A stretch of DNA of 64,000 bases. Origin: a virus. Taxonomy: Duplodnaviria; Heunggongvirae; Uroviricota; Caudoviricetes. Of this stretch, positions 56,346 to 64,000 are shown one piece after another; positions within the stretch are counted from its first letter, which is position 1; each line of letters opens with the position of its first letter. The notes beneath the pieces are model-generated. The model did no database searches. It was not told where the DNA came from and was given only the letters and a program-made list of their open reading frames with translations. Made by a program: the position numbers and the translations under genes. The stretch lies in the IMG/VR virus record IMGVR_UViG_3300031565_000009; one strand, written 5' to 3'.

Positions 56346-56813
56346 TTACCTCTGTCGAATACGTTCCAGAACGTCGTTCGCCTGGTTCGTCCGCAACAAT
56401 GGCTGTTGGCACTCGAAGTAGATATAGGTCGGAACGGCAGTCACACTGTACCGCCGGATTGCCGTTGGATTCGCGTCGATGTCGATCCGTATCACGCGCA
56501 CTCCGGCGGCCTCGATCTGGTCCACAAGCGGTGCCTGCCGGTGACAGGGACCGCACCAGGAAGCCGTAAAGGCGATCATCACCGGCTTCTGATTCGGACA
56601 GCACTTGGGCGGCGCTGGTGACGATGGCGGCATCGGTTGACAGCCGGCCAGGAGACCCAGACAAAGGGCAGCCAGACAAAAGAGCCTTCGTGTCATGTTG
56701 TCATTCCTCGTGGTATTCGGTTCTCCAATCGCTCGCGCCGCGCGGAAACGATTGGAGAACCGGCCCCAAGCGCGTACGACCGCGACCGGGACCGGGGCTC
56801 GGTGATCTAGCAA
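56346..56813 (-). CDS. thioredoxin-family lipoprotein
   Basis: Lipobox LLAGC. IAFTASWCGPCHRQAP carries the WCGPC active site. Confidence 0.6.
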   Translation of the reverse strand: MLDHRAPVPVAVVRAWGRFSNRFRAARAIGEPNTTRNDNMTRRLFCLAALCLGLLAGCQPMPPSSPAPPKCCPNQKPVMIAFTASWCGPCHRQAPLVDQIEAAGVRVIRIDIDANPTAIRRYSVTAVPTYIYFECQQPLLRTNQANDVLERIRQR

Positions 56814-56831
56814 TGCTGTTGTCAGAGGGGC

Positions 56832-57254
56832 TTACGCCTTGACAGCAACCGCCGGGGCGGGAGCCGACTGGACGGAACTGGGATCAGTCGGCTTCGTGGC
56901 ATCGGTCAGCTTGGCAGCGATCAGGGCTCGGCCGGATTCACACGTCAGCTTCGCGGCCAAGACCTTCTCGAAAACGGTGTCAAACTCGGCAATCACACTC
57001 TGCTCGCCAGACAGGAACAAGTCGGCAAGGCTTTTCATCTTCTCGGCCATGCCGCTGTAGTCCCCGACGCTGTAGTCGATCAGGAAAGCGGGAATCTTCG
57101 AGAGACCATACGCCGTCAAGGCGGCGGCCAGCTTTGCAGCGCCGCGCCGACGATCCTCGACCACGGTGTCCTTCTGGAAGAGCCACTTCGCGGACAACCA
57201 GGCGAGCACGGCGACCAGAGCGAGCACGATGACCTGCAAGAGGGAAACGACCAT
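56832..57254 (-). CDS. N-terminal-TM membrane protein (holin-candidate position)
   Basis: N-terminus MVVSLLQVIVLALVAVLAWLSAKWLF forms a TM segment. Confidence 0.3.
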   Translation of the reverse strand: MVVSLLQVIVLALVAVLAWLSAKWLFQKDTVVEDRRRGAAKLAAALTAYGLSKIPAFLIDYSVGDYSGMAEKMKSLADLFLSGEQSVIAEFDTVFEKVLAAKLTCESGRALIAAKLTDATKPTDPSSVQSAPAPAVAVKA

Positions 57255-57327
57255 TGCTGTACCTCACTATTGGAGAAGGTTTGTTCAGAACGATTGCCAC
57301 AACAACGTGGCGGGAATCAGGGATGGG

Positions 57328-58008
57328 TTACTTCTGCTTGTAAGTCTCACGCCACTTCTGCACAACACCCACGAAGCCTCCGGCCAACATGCCCAGAAGC
57401 ATGGCCCACCACGCGGGTAGGAGCGACTGAGCGGGAGAGATGTTGGGCGGCCCGGGGTCCGGGTTGATCGGCTGAGGCGGGGGATCAGGGTTCGGGTTCG
57501 GATCAGGAGTCGGGCCGGGACTGGGGCAGAGGCGACTTTCCATCCGTCGCCGCCACGGCAGAAGCGGCCGGCAGCCCTGAGCAGTCTGAACGTCGGCGGC
57601 AATCGCAGCATAAAGGGCGTCCGGCGACATAGGAATCTGGAGAGCCGATGCCTCGTAGACCACGACGCCTTTGCCATCCTGCACGCGGACGGTCGGCAAC
57701 CCTTTGATATTAGAGGCGTACCGCTCGCTAAAGATCGCCGTATTCGTTCGGATCGAACAGAAGTGGACCTGATCCTTCAGATGCTTCAGATTGGGATTCG
57801 TCTCGAACCAGCCGAGCACTTCCTGGTATCTCTGGTTGGTGACATCGCCGACAACAGAGATGTACCACTTATTCTGGTCCTGGGGAAAGTTGACCACGCG
57901 CTCTTCGACGAGCACGCCGTTGACAACATCCTGCGTGGCAAAGGTCGGAGCGACAAGCCCGACAAGCATTACCAACGCAAGACACAAACACAGCACGGAA
58001 CGATTCAT
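57328..58008 (-). CDS. secreted protein with Pro-rich linker and C-terminal TM anchor
   Basis: Signal peptide ending ...VAPTFA. C-terminal region PGPTPDPNPNPDPPPQPINPDPGPP is followed by a TM segment. Confidence 0.35.
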   Translation of the reverse strand: MNRSVLCLCLALVMLVGLVAPTFATQDVVNGVLVEERVVNFPQDQNKWYISVVGDVTNQRYQEVLGWFETNPNLKHLKDQVHFCSIRTNTAIFSERYASNIKGLPTVRVQDGKGVVVYEASALQIPMSPDALYAAIAADVQTAQGCRPLLPWRRRMESRLCPSPGPTPDPNPNPDPPPQPINPDPGPPNISPAQSLLPAWWAMLLGMLAGGFVGVVQKWRETYKQK

Positions 58009-58051
58009 CTGCTTACCTCGCTTGTAAAGAAGATGGTGACTTGTTTCGCAA

Positions 58052-58636
58052 CTACTGAGGCAGAGGGGCCGCCGGAGTGTAGATCGGCGTCAGCGCCCAA
58101 CCGTAAGATGCCTTCCACTCGGCAATCAAAGTCTCACGCGGAACCCAGATGTAGTTGGACGTTGCATTGTTATCAAGAAGAGCAGCCCACTTGTCGTCCA
58201 GGTGAACGAGGCAGACCATGTGTTTGCCGCCCATGACAGTGATGGCAGCGCCTCTCCGTGTGCGACAGGCCCATTCCAGAAAGGAGACATCTCCGCCCGT
58301 CGTGAGGGCGTATCGGAGTCCAATCTTCTCAGCCAACTGCATCCAGTGTTCGGGCCGCTCGCCGTTACCGTAATTCTGTCGAATCCAGTTGGCCGTGACG
58401 TAGCGCCCCTGCCACCGCAGGAGCGAGATGGTCGAGGCCCAAACGCAGGACGCTTCGCCTTTGTTGCCGATCCAATTCTTTTGCCGCAGGACTTCGGGAA
58501 GATTGACCGTGGGGCGCTCCTCGTTGACCACGGGCGCAAGATGTGGGGGATCGAATGGATTCAAATCAATCCGAAACTTGAGATCACAGCCGGTGCAGCA
58601 AAGCAAAAGCACCAACACGAAGAGTAATCGCTTCAT
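58052..58636 (-). CDS. lipoprotein papain-like (CHAP/C39-like) peptidase
   Basis: Lipobox LLCCTGC. GEASCVWAS supplies a candidate Cys and HMVCLVHLDD a candidate His/Asp. Confidence 0.4.
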   Translation of the reverse strand: MKRLLFVLVLLLCCTGCDLKFRIDLNPFDPPHLAPVVNEERPTVNLPEVLRQKNWIGNKGEASCVWASTISLLRWQGRYVTANWIRQNYGNGERPEHWMQLAEKIGLRYALTTGGDVSFLEWACRTRRGAAITVMGGKHMVCLVHLDDKWAALLDNNATSNYIWVPRETLIAEWKASYGWALTPIYTPAAPLPQ

Positions 58637-59229
58637 TTGAGTCTCCGGGCTTTGCCAAGGATGCCATCACCTCGAAGATGACGGGCCAGCCTATTCGGAT
58701 TCCAGCGGCTCACATTGTCCATTGGATGCAATCCGACGTAGGTGTAGGCGGCAGCAATCCATTCGCTGCAAAAGATGGTCGTTAGGTTTTGTTCGCGAAA
58801 AAGTGATTCGATCCAGGAGAAGCCGACCCCGGCGCTACGAAACGCGCCCATCTCGTCGTAAGGCGTCCCGATGGTGCCCATCAGAAACTCGATGAAGCGT
58901 TCATCCTCCCAAGCGTAAAGCGGTCGGTAAAGCGGATAGTGCCAAACAGCACCATGATACAATTTGATGATTCGTTCGAGGTGATGGGCTTGAGTCCCGG
59001 CGATGGGCTTGCCAGTAATCTCACAGGGATGGTTGCCATCAAGGGTCGTGGATTCAAAAATCAGCAGGCGCTTGTCCGGCGTGTTCGCCATCACGCCGAC
59101 GTGGCTCAAGTCCCACAGTGGAATGCCATAGGTGGCAATGTTGACGCCAGCGCTGATCCAGTTGTAACCGCTGAAGCCGATGATGTCGCCAGCTTTAATC
59201 ACGCTGGAATCAAGGTATTTCTTGGCCAT
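58633..59229 (-). CDS. permuted papain-fold (NlpC/P60 or C92-like) peptidase, endolysin candidate
   Basis: His in SHVGVM precedes Cys in IFCSEWIAAAY. Confidence 0.35.
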   Translation of the reverse strand: MAKKYLDSSVIKAGDIIGFSGYNWISAGVNIATYGIPLWDLSHVGVMANTPDKRLLIFESTTLDGNHPCEITGKPIAGTQAHHLERIIKLYHGAVWHYPLYRPLYAWEDERFIEFLMGTIGTPYDEMGAFRSAGVGFSWIESLFREQNLTTIFCSEWIAAAYTYVGLHPMDNVSRWNPNRLARHLRGDGILGKARRLK

Positions 59230-59479
59230 GACTCCCCCCAGCCTTGCGGCTCTTCTCCCGAACCGGCACGACAGGACGGATCAACTCAAAGTAGGGCCTA
59301 TGCCCCATACAGCCGTAACGCTCTTGATCCCGCGCCCAGCAATCCTCACAGCGAGTTTCACAGGGGTCACGAATGATGCGGCCGCACGCGCAGAATCGTG
59401 GTATATTCACACGCGCCTCAATCAGGAGAAAGCGGCTCTCGCCATCACAAGACTGCCACAGCAAGGACTGTTCCTGCAC
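59210..59479 (-). CDS. small Zn-finger protein
   Basis: CACGRIIRDPCETRCEDCW. Confidence 0.25.
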   Translation of the reverse strand: MQEQSLLWQSCDGESRFLLIEARVNIPRFCACGRIIRDPCETRCEDCWARDQERYGCMGHRPYFELIRPVVPVREKSRKAGGSHGQEIP

Positions 59480-59492
59480 GATGGCAGATCAG

Positions 59493-60125
59493 CTACAGGG
59501 GCGGCCCGGACAGAAGTTTCATGCCCCGAGCAGGCTCTTCATTCTGAGCGCTCTTGGCGCAGACAAGGAAGCGATGGAATATCTCGTCTGCCACCATCTC
59601 ATAACGCTCAATGCCCTCTTCTTTCAGCACCTCGATAACGATTTCGCCCAATTGATTGGCTAGACGGATGGCCGTCTCTTTTGACATGAGCAAACCGAGG
59701 TTTTGTTCAAGAACATGGGCCGACTTGACGAGCCGTTCAACAGTCAGAAGAAGCTGGTTCAGTGGGGCACAGGAAGCCAGCATGTCGTTCTTGCCCTCGA
59801 TGCTGTTCAGCCTCTCCTCGATCAGCATCCGGGTGATAGCAATCTCGTCCCGAAGCGACTTCACTTTTTCGTGGTCACTCAACGCGGCCAGACGTTGGCG
59901 GTATTCGGCTTTCGTGAGGAGGTACTGCCGGCGCTCACGTTGTAGACTCTGATCCACCCCGCCGCAGGCAGCGCAATACTCAGACCCGGACTCCGCATAA
60001 TTGCTGCACTGCCCGTCGCGGGCATTGCCCTTGCAGCGTCGGGGATCAGCCGGATCATCAACTTGCTTCATCGCGCACCCTAATGCCAAAGAGACAACTC
60101 CTCCTCTATCTATAAGGATGAGCAA
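59493..60125 (-). CDS. first late-operon protein (N-terminal Zn ribbon plus helical C-terminus)
   Basis: CKGNARDGQCSNYAESGSEYCAACGG. The likely start is a TTG near 60089 or the ATG at 60071, downstream of the GAGGAGGAG SD. Confidence 0.3.
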   Translation of the reverse strand: MLILIDRGGVVSLALGCAMKQVDDPADPRRCKGNARDGQCSNYAESGSEYCAACGGVDQSLQRERRQYLLTKAEYRQRLAALSDHEKVKSLRDEIAITRMLIEERLNSIEGKNDMLASCAPLNQLLLTVERLVKSAHVLEQNLGLLMSKETAIRLANQLGEIVIEVLKEEGIERYEMVADEIFHRFLVCAKSAQNEEPARGMKLLSGPPL

Positions 60126-60140
60126 ACACGGTCAATTTTG
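60105..60140 (-). promoter_or_regulatory. sigma70-like late promoter TTGACC-N15-TATAGAT, followed by the GAGGAGGAG SD
   Basis: Minus strand reads TTGACCGTGTTTGCTCATCCTTATAGATAGAGGAGGAG. Confidence 0.35.
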
Positions 60141-60164
60141 CCAGAAAACCGAAAAATGCAGAAA

Positions 60165-60214
60165 AAGTCCCGCATGACCCTCCGTAAGCCTTTTTGACCC
60201 CGACTCTTATAGAG
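60165..60214 (+). promoter_or_regulatory. phage promoter-like element copy 6 (plus orientation)
   Basis: catgaccc-N14-tttttgaccccgactcttatagagg. Drives the rightward genes beginning at 60272. Confidence 0.55.
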
Positions 60215-60271
60215 GCCGGCAGTTTCCTGGCCGACGACATCCACAGACCTCAAGTTGGGAGCGTTTACACG

Positions 60272-60508
60272 ATGCGACAGTACATAATCCTCTACCGACG
60301 CGGCACTGGAAAATGGGGTCGCCTGACCCCCGGCGTCCACCAAAGGCTCTACGACAAACCCGAAATCGACGCGGCAGTTGCCTTCTTGCGCAACAACCTC
60401 GCCGCTGAAGGTGTGGCCGTGCGCCTGGGAGAAGAGTCCTTCAACATCATGGTCACAGCAGAGCCCAAGACCAAGAACACCTTCGGCTTCGAGGAGGAAG
60501 GATGCTGA
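60272..60508 (+). CDS. hypothetical protein
   Basis: The track ORF 60194-60508 begins inside the promoter element. The plausible start is MRQYIILYRRG. Confidence 0.3.
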   Translation: MRQYIILYRRGTGKWGRLTPGVHQRLYDKPEIDAAVAFLRNNLAAEGVAVRLGEESFNIMVTAEPKTKNTFGFEEEGC

Positions 60509-61032
60509 TCCACCGCCAACGACCGTATCAGCCGAAGCCGCGTTGGCGGTGGCCGGACGGAAAACCGAAGCCCAAACTGACGGCAATCCACCTGCCCCAC
60601 TTCCGAGTCCACCACACGGACCTGGAAAAGTACCTGGAGACCGTCTACCGGATGCGGGACTTCCGCTTCTTCAAAGCGACAGGATTCACGCCAGGGCTGA
60701 TCCCGGAATACAGAGTCTCCGGCAACCTACCCCCAGCCTGGGAGTCAAAGAACAAGGCCGAACGTATTCGCAGCGGCCAGCGGACCAGTGACATGCTGCT
60801 GATCCTCAACGTGCTCTGCCTGGATGGCTTCATCCCGGCGGGCCACTACCTGATCGACACGAAGCCAAAGCCCAAGCCCATCGAAATCTACCGAGCCTTG
60901 TTAGAGAGGCACCGTGATCCGCTGGCCCGTGAATGCGTGCAGTTCCGAGAGAAGCACAGAACCACGCCCGGTTTTTCCAAACAGGCGGCCGTATTCGACA
61001 ACGCCGTAGTTGAGTGGATAAAGAGCCAGTAA
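60502..61032 (+). CDS. hypothetical protein (Lys/Pro-rich)
   Basis: 176 aa, overlapping start. Followed by a terminator. Confidence 0.3.
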   Translation: MLIHRQRPYQPKPRWRWPDGKPKPKLTAIHLPHFRVHHTDLEKYLETVYRMRDFRFFKATGFTPGLIPEYRVSGNLPPAWESKNKAERIRSGQRTSDMLLILNVLCLDGFIPAGHYLIDTKPKPKPIEIYRALLERHRDPLARECVQFREKHRTTPGFSKQAAVFDNAVVEWIKSQ

Positions 61033-61037
61033 TGAAC

Positions 61038-61071
61038 AAAGCCCAGGGCGGCATCTGCTGCCCCGGGCTTT
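61038..61071. terminator. bidirectional intrinsic terminator-like palindrome
   Basis: AAAGCCCAGGGCGGCA-TC-TGCTGCCCCGGGCTTT lies between convergent genes. Confidence 0.45.
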
Positions 61072-61088
61072 GCTTAATGCCAAAGTGG

Positions 61089-61394
61089 TTACTTCTTCCG
61101 CTTTGTCTTCTTCTTCGGCTCCTTTTTCGCTGCCGTCTTCATCTCGACAACGATAGACCGAGCCTCAATAAGAAGCGCGGACATGGCATTCTGCCACGCC
61201 TGGGCATCAGGCAAACCCAAGGAGGCCGCCGCCAGTGCCGCGCTAAACATGATCTTCACCGTGCTGCCGCGATTTGGACGGGGCAGGCTGATTTCCGCAA
61301 AAATCACCATTCCGCCAAGGGCCTTGTGCCCTGCAAACGGCCTGACGGTCAACCGCACGCCCCAATTGAACACCTCCCTTTGTATCAGACTCAT
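61089..61394 (-). CDS. hypothetical protein with Lys-rich C-terminus
   Basis: The likely start is MSLIQREV. The track's N-terminal extension overlaps the next gene. Confidence 0.2.
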   Translation of the reverse strand: MSLIQREVFNWGVRLTVRPFAGHKALGGMVIFAEISLPRPNRGSTVKIMFSAALAAASLGLPDAQAWQNAMSALLIEARSIVVEMKTAAKKEPKKKTKRKK

Positions 61395-61407
61395 TTTCAA
61401 CCTCCAT

Positions 61408-61686
61408 TCAATACTCACTTGGCAAAAGAATGCACGTTGAGGATCGGTCAGCCTCCGTGATAACCCATATCTTAACACCTTTCGCCGTGTGGTAAACACT
61501 GAAAATCCTGGCCCCATCCCTGAGAGCCTGGTCGTTGGCCATCGCATCCTCGACACAGCAGTTGCCCCAGTCCCCCACAACATGCCGGTCCAGAAACACG
61601 GTCGGAGACTGGCCAGCCCTCTGAAGTTCCTCCAAGACTCCCGGTGTGGCTACCAACTGGCCCAACGAAAACAAGGGTTCAGCCAT
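61408..61686 (-). CDS. hypothetical protein
   Basis: 92 aa, MAEPLFSLGQLVATPGVLEEL. Confidence 0.25.
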   Translation of the reverse strand: MAEPLFSLGQLVATPGVLEELQRAGQSPTVFLDRHVVGDWGNCCVEDAMANDQALRDGARIFSVYHTAKGVKIWVITEADRSSTCILLPSEY

Positions 61687-61852
61687 CGCGCCTCCTCAAT
61701 CGAAACTCGAAACAGGTAAATCACGACCCGGTACTTGTGCTGCCACAGTACGGATGCCGTGTGATGGGTGTAGTAGAGACATAGCCCGGGCTGATCCTCC
61801 AACCTGGCAAGTCGCCGCTCAATCTCGACAATCATCTTAGCACGCTTCCCCA

Positions 61853-62437
61853 TCAATGGTCAATCCGCACAATGCCTCCAACCTTGCACAATTCGCAGCG
61901 GCAGGGCGGCGACGTATGCTCACCTTGCGGGTCACCACTCGCGCAGCCGTGCCAGCGCCCGCGATCCTCGGCACCCATCAACCGGCCGCCGATCTCGCTC
62001 TCCGGCCGGCCCGAATAGAGGATGCGTTCCACATATCGCTCAAAGCTGGCCAAGACCTCCTCGTCCGACATGCCAGTGTCGAACGTCCAGTGCGAAAACC
62101 AGCCGTCGCACCAAACATCCCGGTGGACCAGCTTCACCTCAATGGTCAGATCAGCCGGCTTGAGAAGGTTCTTCTTCTCGACGTATTGGGGCCACCAGTC
62201 GCGGGCCTCCTCGTCCTTGATCGACTCAGGATCGCGCTCCTCGCGTTCCATCATATACCAGCCAGCGCCGTTCCAGAAGCGACCTTCCGGTAGTAGCGGC
62301 AGACTGGGACGATGGATACGATTCTCAGCCCCAGGCGGATAGTCTTCCGACCAACGGACACGAATGTCGTAGATCGAATAGACCTTCTCGCCTTCATGCA
62401 GGTCCGCCAGGACCGCTTCATCACTCGTCGTGCTCAT
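61853..62437 (-). CDS. hypothetical protein
   Basis: 194 aa, Trp-rich with C-terminal CRCELC. Confidence 0.25.
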   Translation of the reverse strand: MSTTSDEAVLADLHEGEKVYSIYDIRVRWSEDYPPGAENRIHRPSLPLLPEGRFWNGAGWYMMEREERDPESIKDEEARDWWPQYVEKKNLLKPADLTIEVKLVHRDVWCDGWFSHWTFDTGMSDEEVLASFERYVERILYSGRPESEIGGRLMGAEDRGRWHGCASGDPQGEHTSPPCRCELCKVGGIVRIDH

Positions 62438-62750
62438 AGACCGCTTTCAGCATGGGATTCAGGATCGTCTGGGAATCATCATGGTGCCAGACGTAGTTGA
62501 ACAAACGCGGACGCCTCCTACCTGTACGCAAAACCTCAATATACTGATTCACGCCAGGCTGTGTGGGGACAAACTGCCGCCGCCTCTGCACCGGCGTCAG
62601 CAGACGGCTATCGAAGCCGAAGCCGCGCACGGTGTCCGAGTCGATACCCTGATCCTGGGCCTTCACCCACAGGTCCAAGACCGCAAGCAAATAGGCCCGC
62701 TCTTTCTCGCAAGCCGTAATCCGGTCAATCACTTCTTGTACAGTGCTCAC
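62421..62750 (-). CDS. hypothetical protein
   Basis: 109-aa ORF. Confidence 0.2.
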   Translation of the reverse strand: MSTVQEVIDRITACEKERAYLLAVLDLWVKAQDQGIDSDTVRGFGFDSRLLTPVQRRRQFVPTQPGVNQYIEVLRTGRRRPRLFNYVWHHDDSQTILNPMLKAVYEHDE

Positions 62751-63157
62751 GTTCCCTCTTTCCGCATGACGGTGATGCCGCGAACCACAGAATCGCGAAG
62801 GAAAAACGGCTCACCCCAGTGGAGGGCACGGAACGGAATCGAAGCGGTCGCCGTCATAGGTGTTCCCGCCGGCGCTCTCGGGTCCAGCGGCTTCAACGAT
62901 ACCTGGATCGGCAAACCCTCGACGCCCATCTTCTTGAACAAGTCGCCCATGTACTTCTGGAAACTGGCCGGGGTAGTCCCCTCGGCCGCCGCCGCCCGAG
63001 CGGCATCGCGCGAGATGTTGGTCATCATCTGCGTCACGCGGATGTAGCCGCCGTACTCGATCATGCCCAGCAGCAGAAAGAAGAACAACGGGGCAACAAG
63101 GGCAAATTCCACAGCCGCTACACCATGCCGATCAGTTCGTTTCATGCAAATAGCCAT
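62747..63157 (-). CDS. TadE/TadG-like Flp-pilus assembly protein
   Basis: GVAAVEFALVAPLFFFLLLGMIEYG is the classic TadE N-terminal domain. Confidence 0.55.
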   Translation of the reverse strand: MAICMKRTDRHGVAAVEFALVAPLFFFLLLGMIEYGGYIRVTQMMTNISRDAARAAAAEGTTPASFQKYMGDLFKKMGVEGLPIQVSLKPLDPRAPAGTPMTATASIPFRALHWGEPFFLRDSVVRGITVMRKEGT

Positions 63158-63216
63158 CCAGTTAGAAGTGTTCCCGATTCAAGGATACCACAATTTGGGC
63201 GCAAGTCAAGTTGGCA

Positions 63217-63927
63217 TCAGGCCATGATCTCGACGATCATACGGAAGGCGAAGTCCTGTAAGTCGCGGGAGCCATCCCGGGCCTTTGTAACCCAGTGGAC
63301 GCACTCTTCGAGGGCCGTCTGCAACAGAGGCTTGCTGCGGGCGCTGGCCTGATCGTCGGCAATGAAGACGCCCTCCTCGTCGCAGAAGCCATACTTACGA
63401 CTGCCACCATTCATCACGTCACAGAACAGGCCAACCGGCGGCTTATCCACACCCTCGTTGAGGCCGCACAGAGTCAGCCAGCCCCAGACTTCATCCACGG
63501 CGGCCTGAGCCATGTCGTTGGCCGGCAGCTTCTCCTGGCCGTTCTTCTCGTTCTCAGTGAGAACCTGATTGACCGTCCTGATACCGAACCGCTCGGCCAC
63601 ATCCACGAAGGTCGATGACCGCACAGGCTTGGCAGTGTATCCCTTCCGCTCCACGAAGTCCACGAAGGGGGCCGAGGGGCCACAGAGCACGGCGTCGGCA
63701 GCCACGGCCTGCCACGCCTGCTGCCACTGCTGCTTCTGCTCGTCCTTGGGCGTCTGCCATGAGGGCAGGACGTAATAGGAGTCCAGGCGTTCCTCGTAGA
63801 CCGGCTTCTGCTCCACCATCGCCCGCATGACGGGGATCAACTCCTGGGAAGTAGCCTTCTGGTAGAGCCGGCATACGGCGGCCTTGATCTCGTAGTCGCT
63901 GCTGTTGCGGGACTCGTCGATCCGCAA
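63217..63927 (-). CDS. hypothetical protein (possibly 5'-truncated by the window end)
   Basis: 236-aa ORF with no recognised motif. Confidence 0.25.
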   Translation of the reverse strand: MRIDESRNSSDYEIKAAVCRLYQKATSQELIPVMRAMVEQKPVYEERLDSYYVLPSWQTPKDEQKQQWQQAWQAVAADAVLCGPSAPFVDFVERKGYTAKPVRSSTFVDVAERFGIRTVNQVLTENEKNGQEKLPANDMAQAAVDEVWGWLTLCGLNEGVDKPPVGLFCDVMNGGSRKYGFCDEEGVFIADDQASARSKPLLQTALEECVHWVTKARDGSRDLQDFAFRMIVEIMA

Positions 63928-64000
63928 CTCGCTGGGCTTGAAGTTGTAGTCGTAGACCGAGGCTTCATCGGAATCCTCGATCTCTCGGACGAAGACGCCA

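Overview
High-GC (~63%) window that is almost entirely a tailed-phage (siphovirus-like) genome or prophage; I saw no integrase or att site.

Layout, left to right:
(i) 381-24699, minus strand: early, nucleotide-metabolism and replication genes. These include a P-loop kinase, a radical-SAM enzyme, a PF10127/RlaP-like nucleotidyltransferase, a sulfotransferase-like protein, an ATP-dependent ligase, a HAD nucleotidase, a sigma-70-family factor, a VRR-NUC nuclease, a family-A DNA polymerase, two ParB-like proteins, two metallophosphoesterases, a Dam-like and an N4/N6 DNA methyltransferase, a secreted S1 protease and an SNF2 helicase. Three phage tRNAs and a poly-Asp ORF on a (GAC)n repeat lie inside this block.
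(ii) 24700-24982: divergent control region with nested palindromes.
(iii) 24983-31723, plus strand: primase/SF3-helicase, dNMP kinase, DnaQ-like exonuclease and three Cys-rich proteins.
(iv) 60125 down to 32593, minus strand: a lambda-like late operon. Its order is a putative lysis cassette (two papain-fold peptidases, a thioredoxin lipoprotein, membrane proteins), then TerL, portal, scaffold, major capsid protein, connectors, two tandem major-tail paralogs, a chaperone, a 1246-aa tape measure, and tail tip and fibers.
(v) 60165-61071: a rightward two-gene unit ending in a bidirectional terminator.
(vi) 61089-64000: minus-strand genes including a TadE-like gene, possibly host.

Most striking is a ~45-bp element present six times, plus one degenerate copy. 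Each copy sits immediately upstream of an operon and in the operon's orientation. It has two TGACCC boxes exactly 20 bp apart followed by GACTCTTATAGAG, a T7-promoter-like core.

All calls come from motif reading only; no searches were run.
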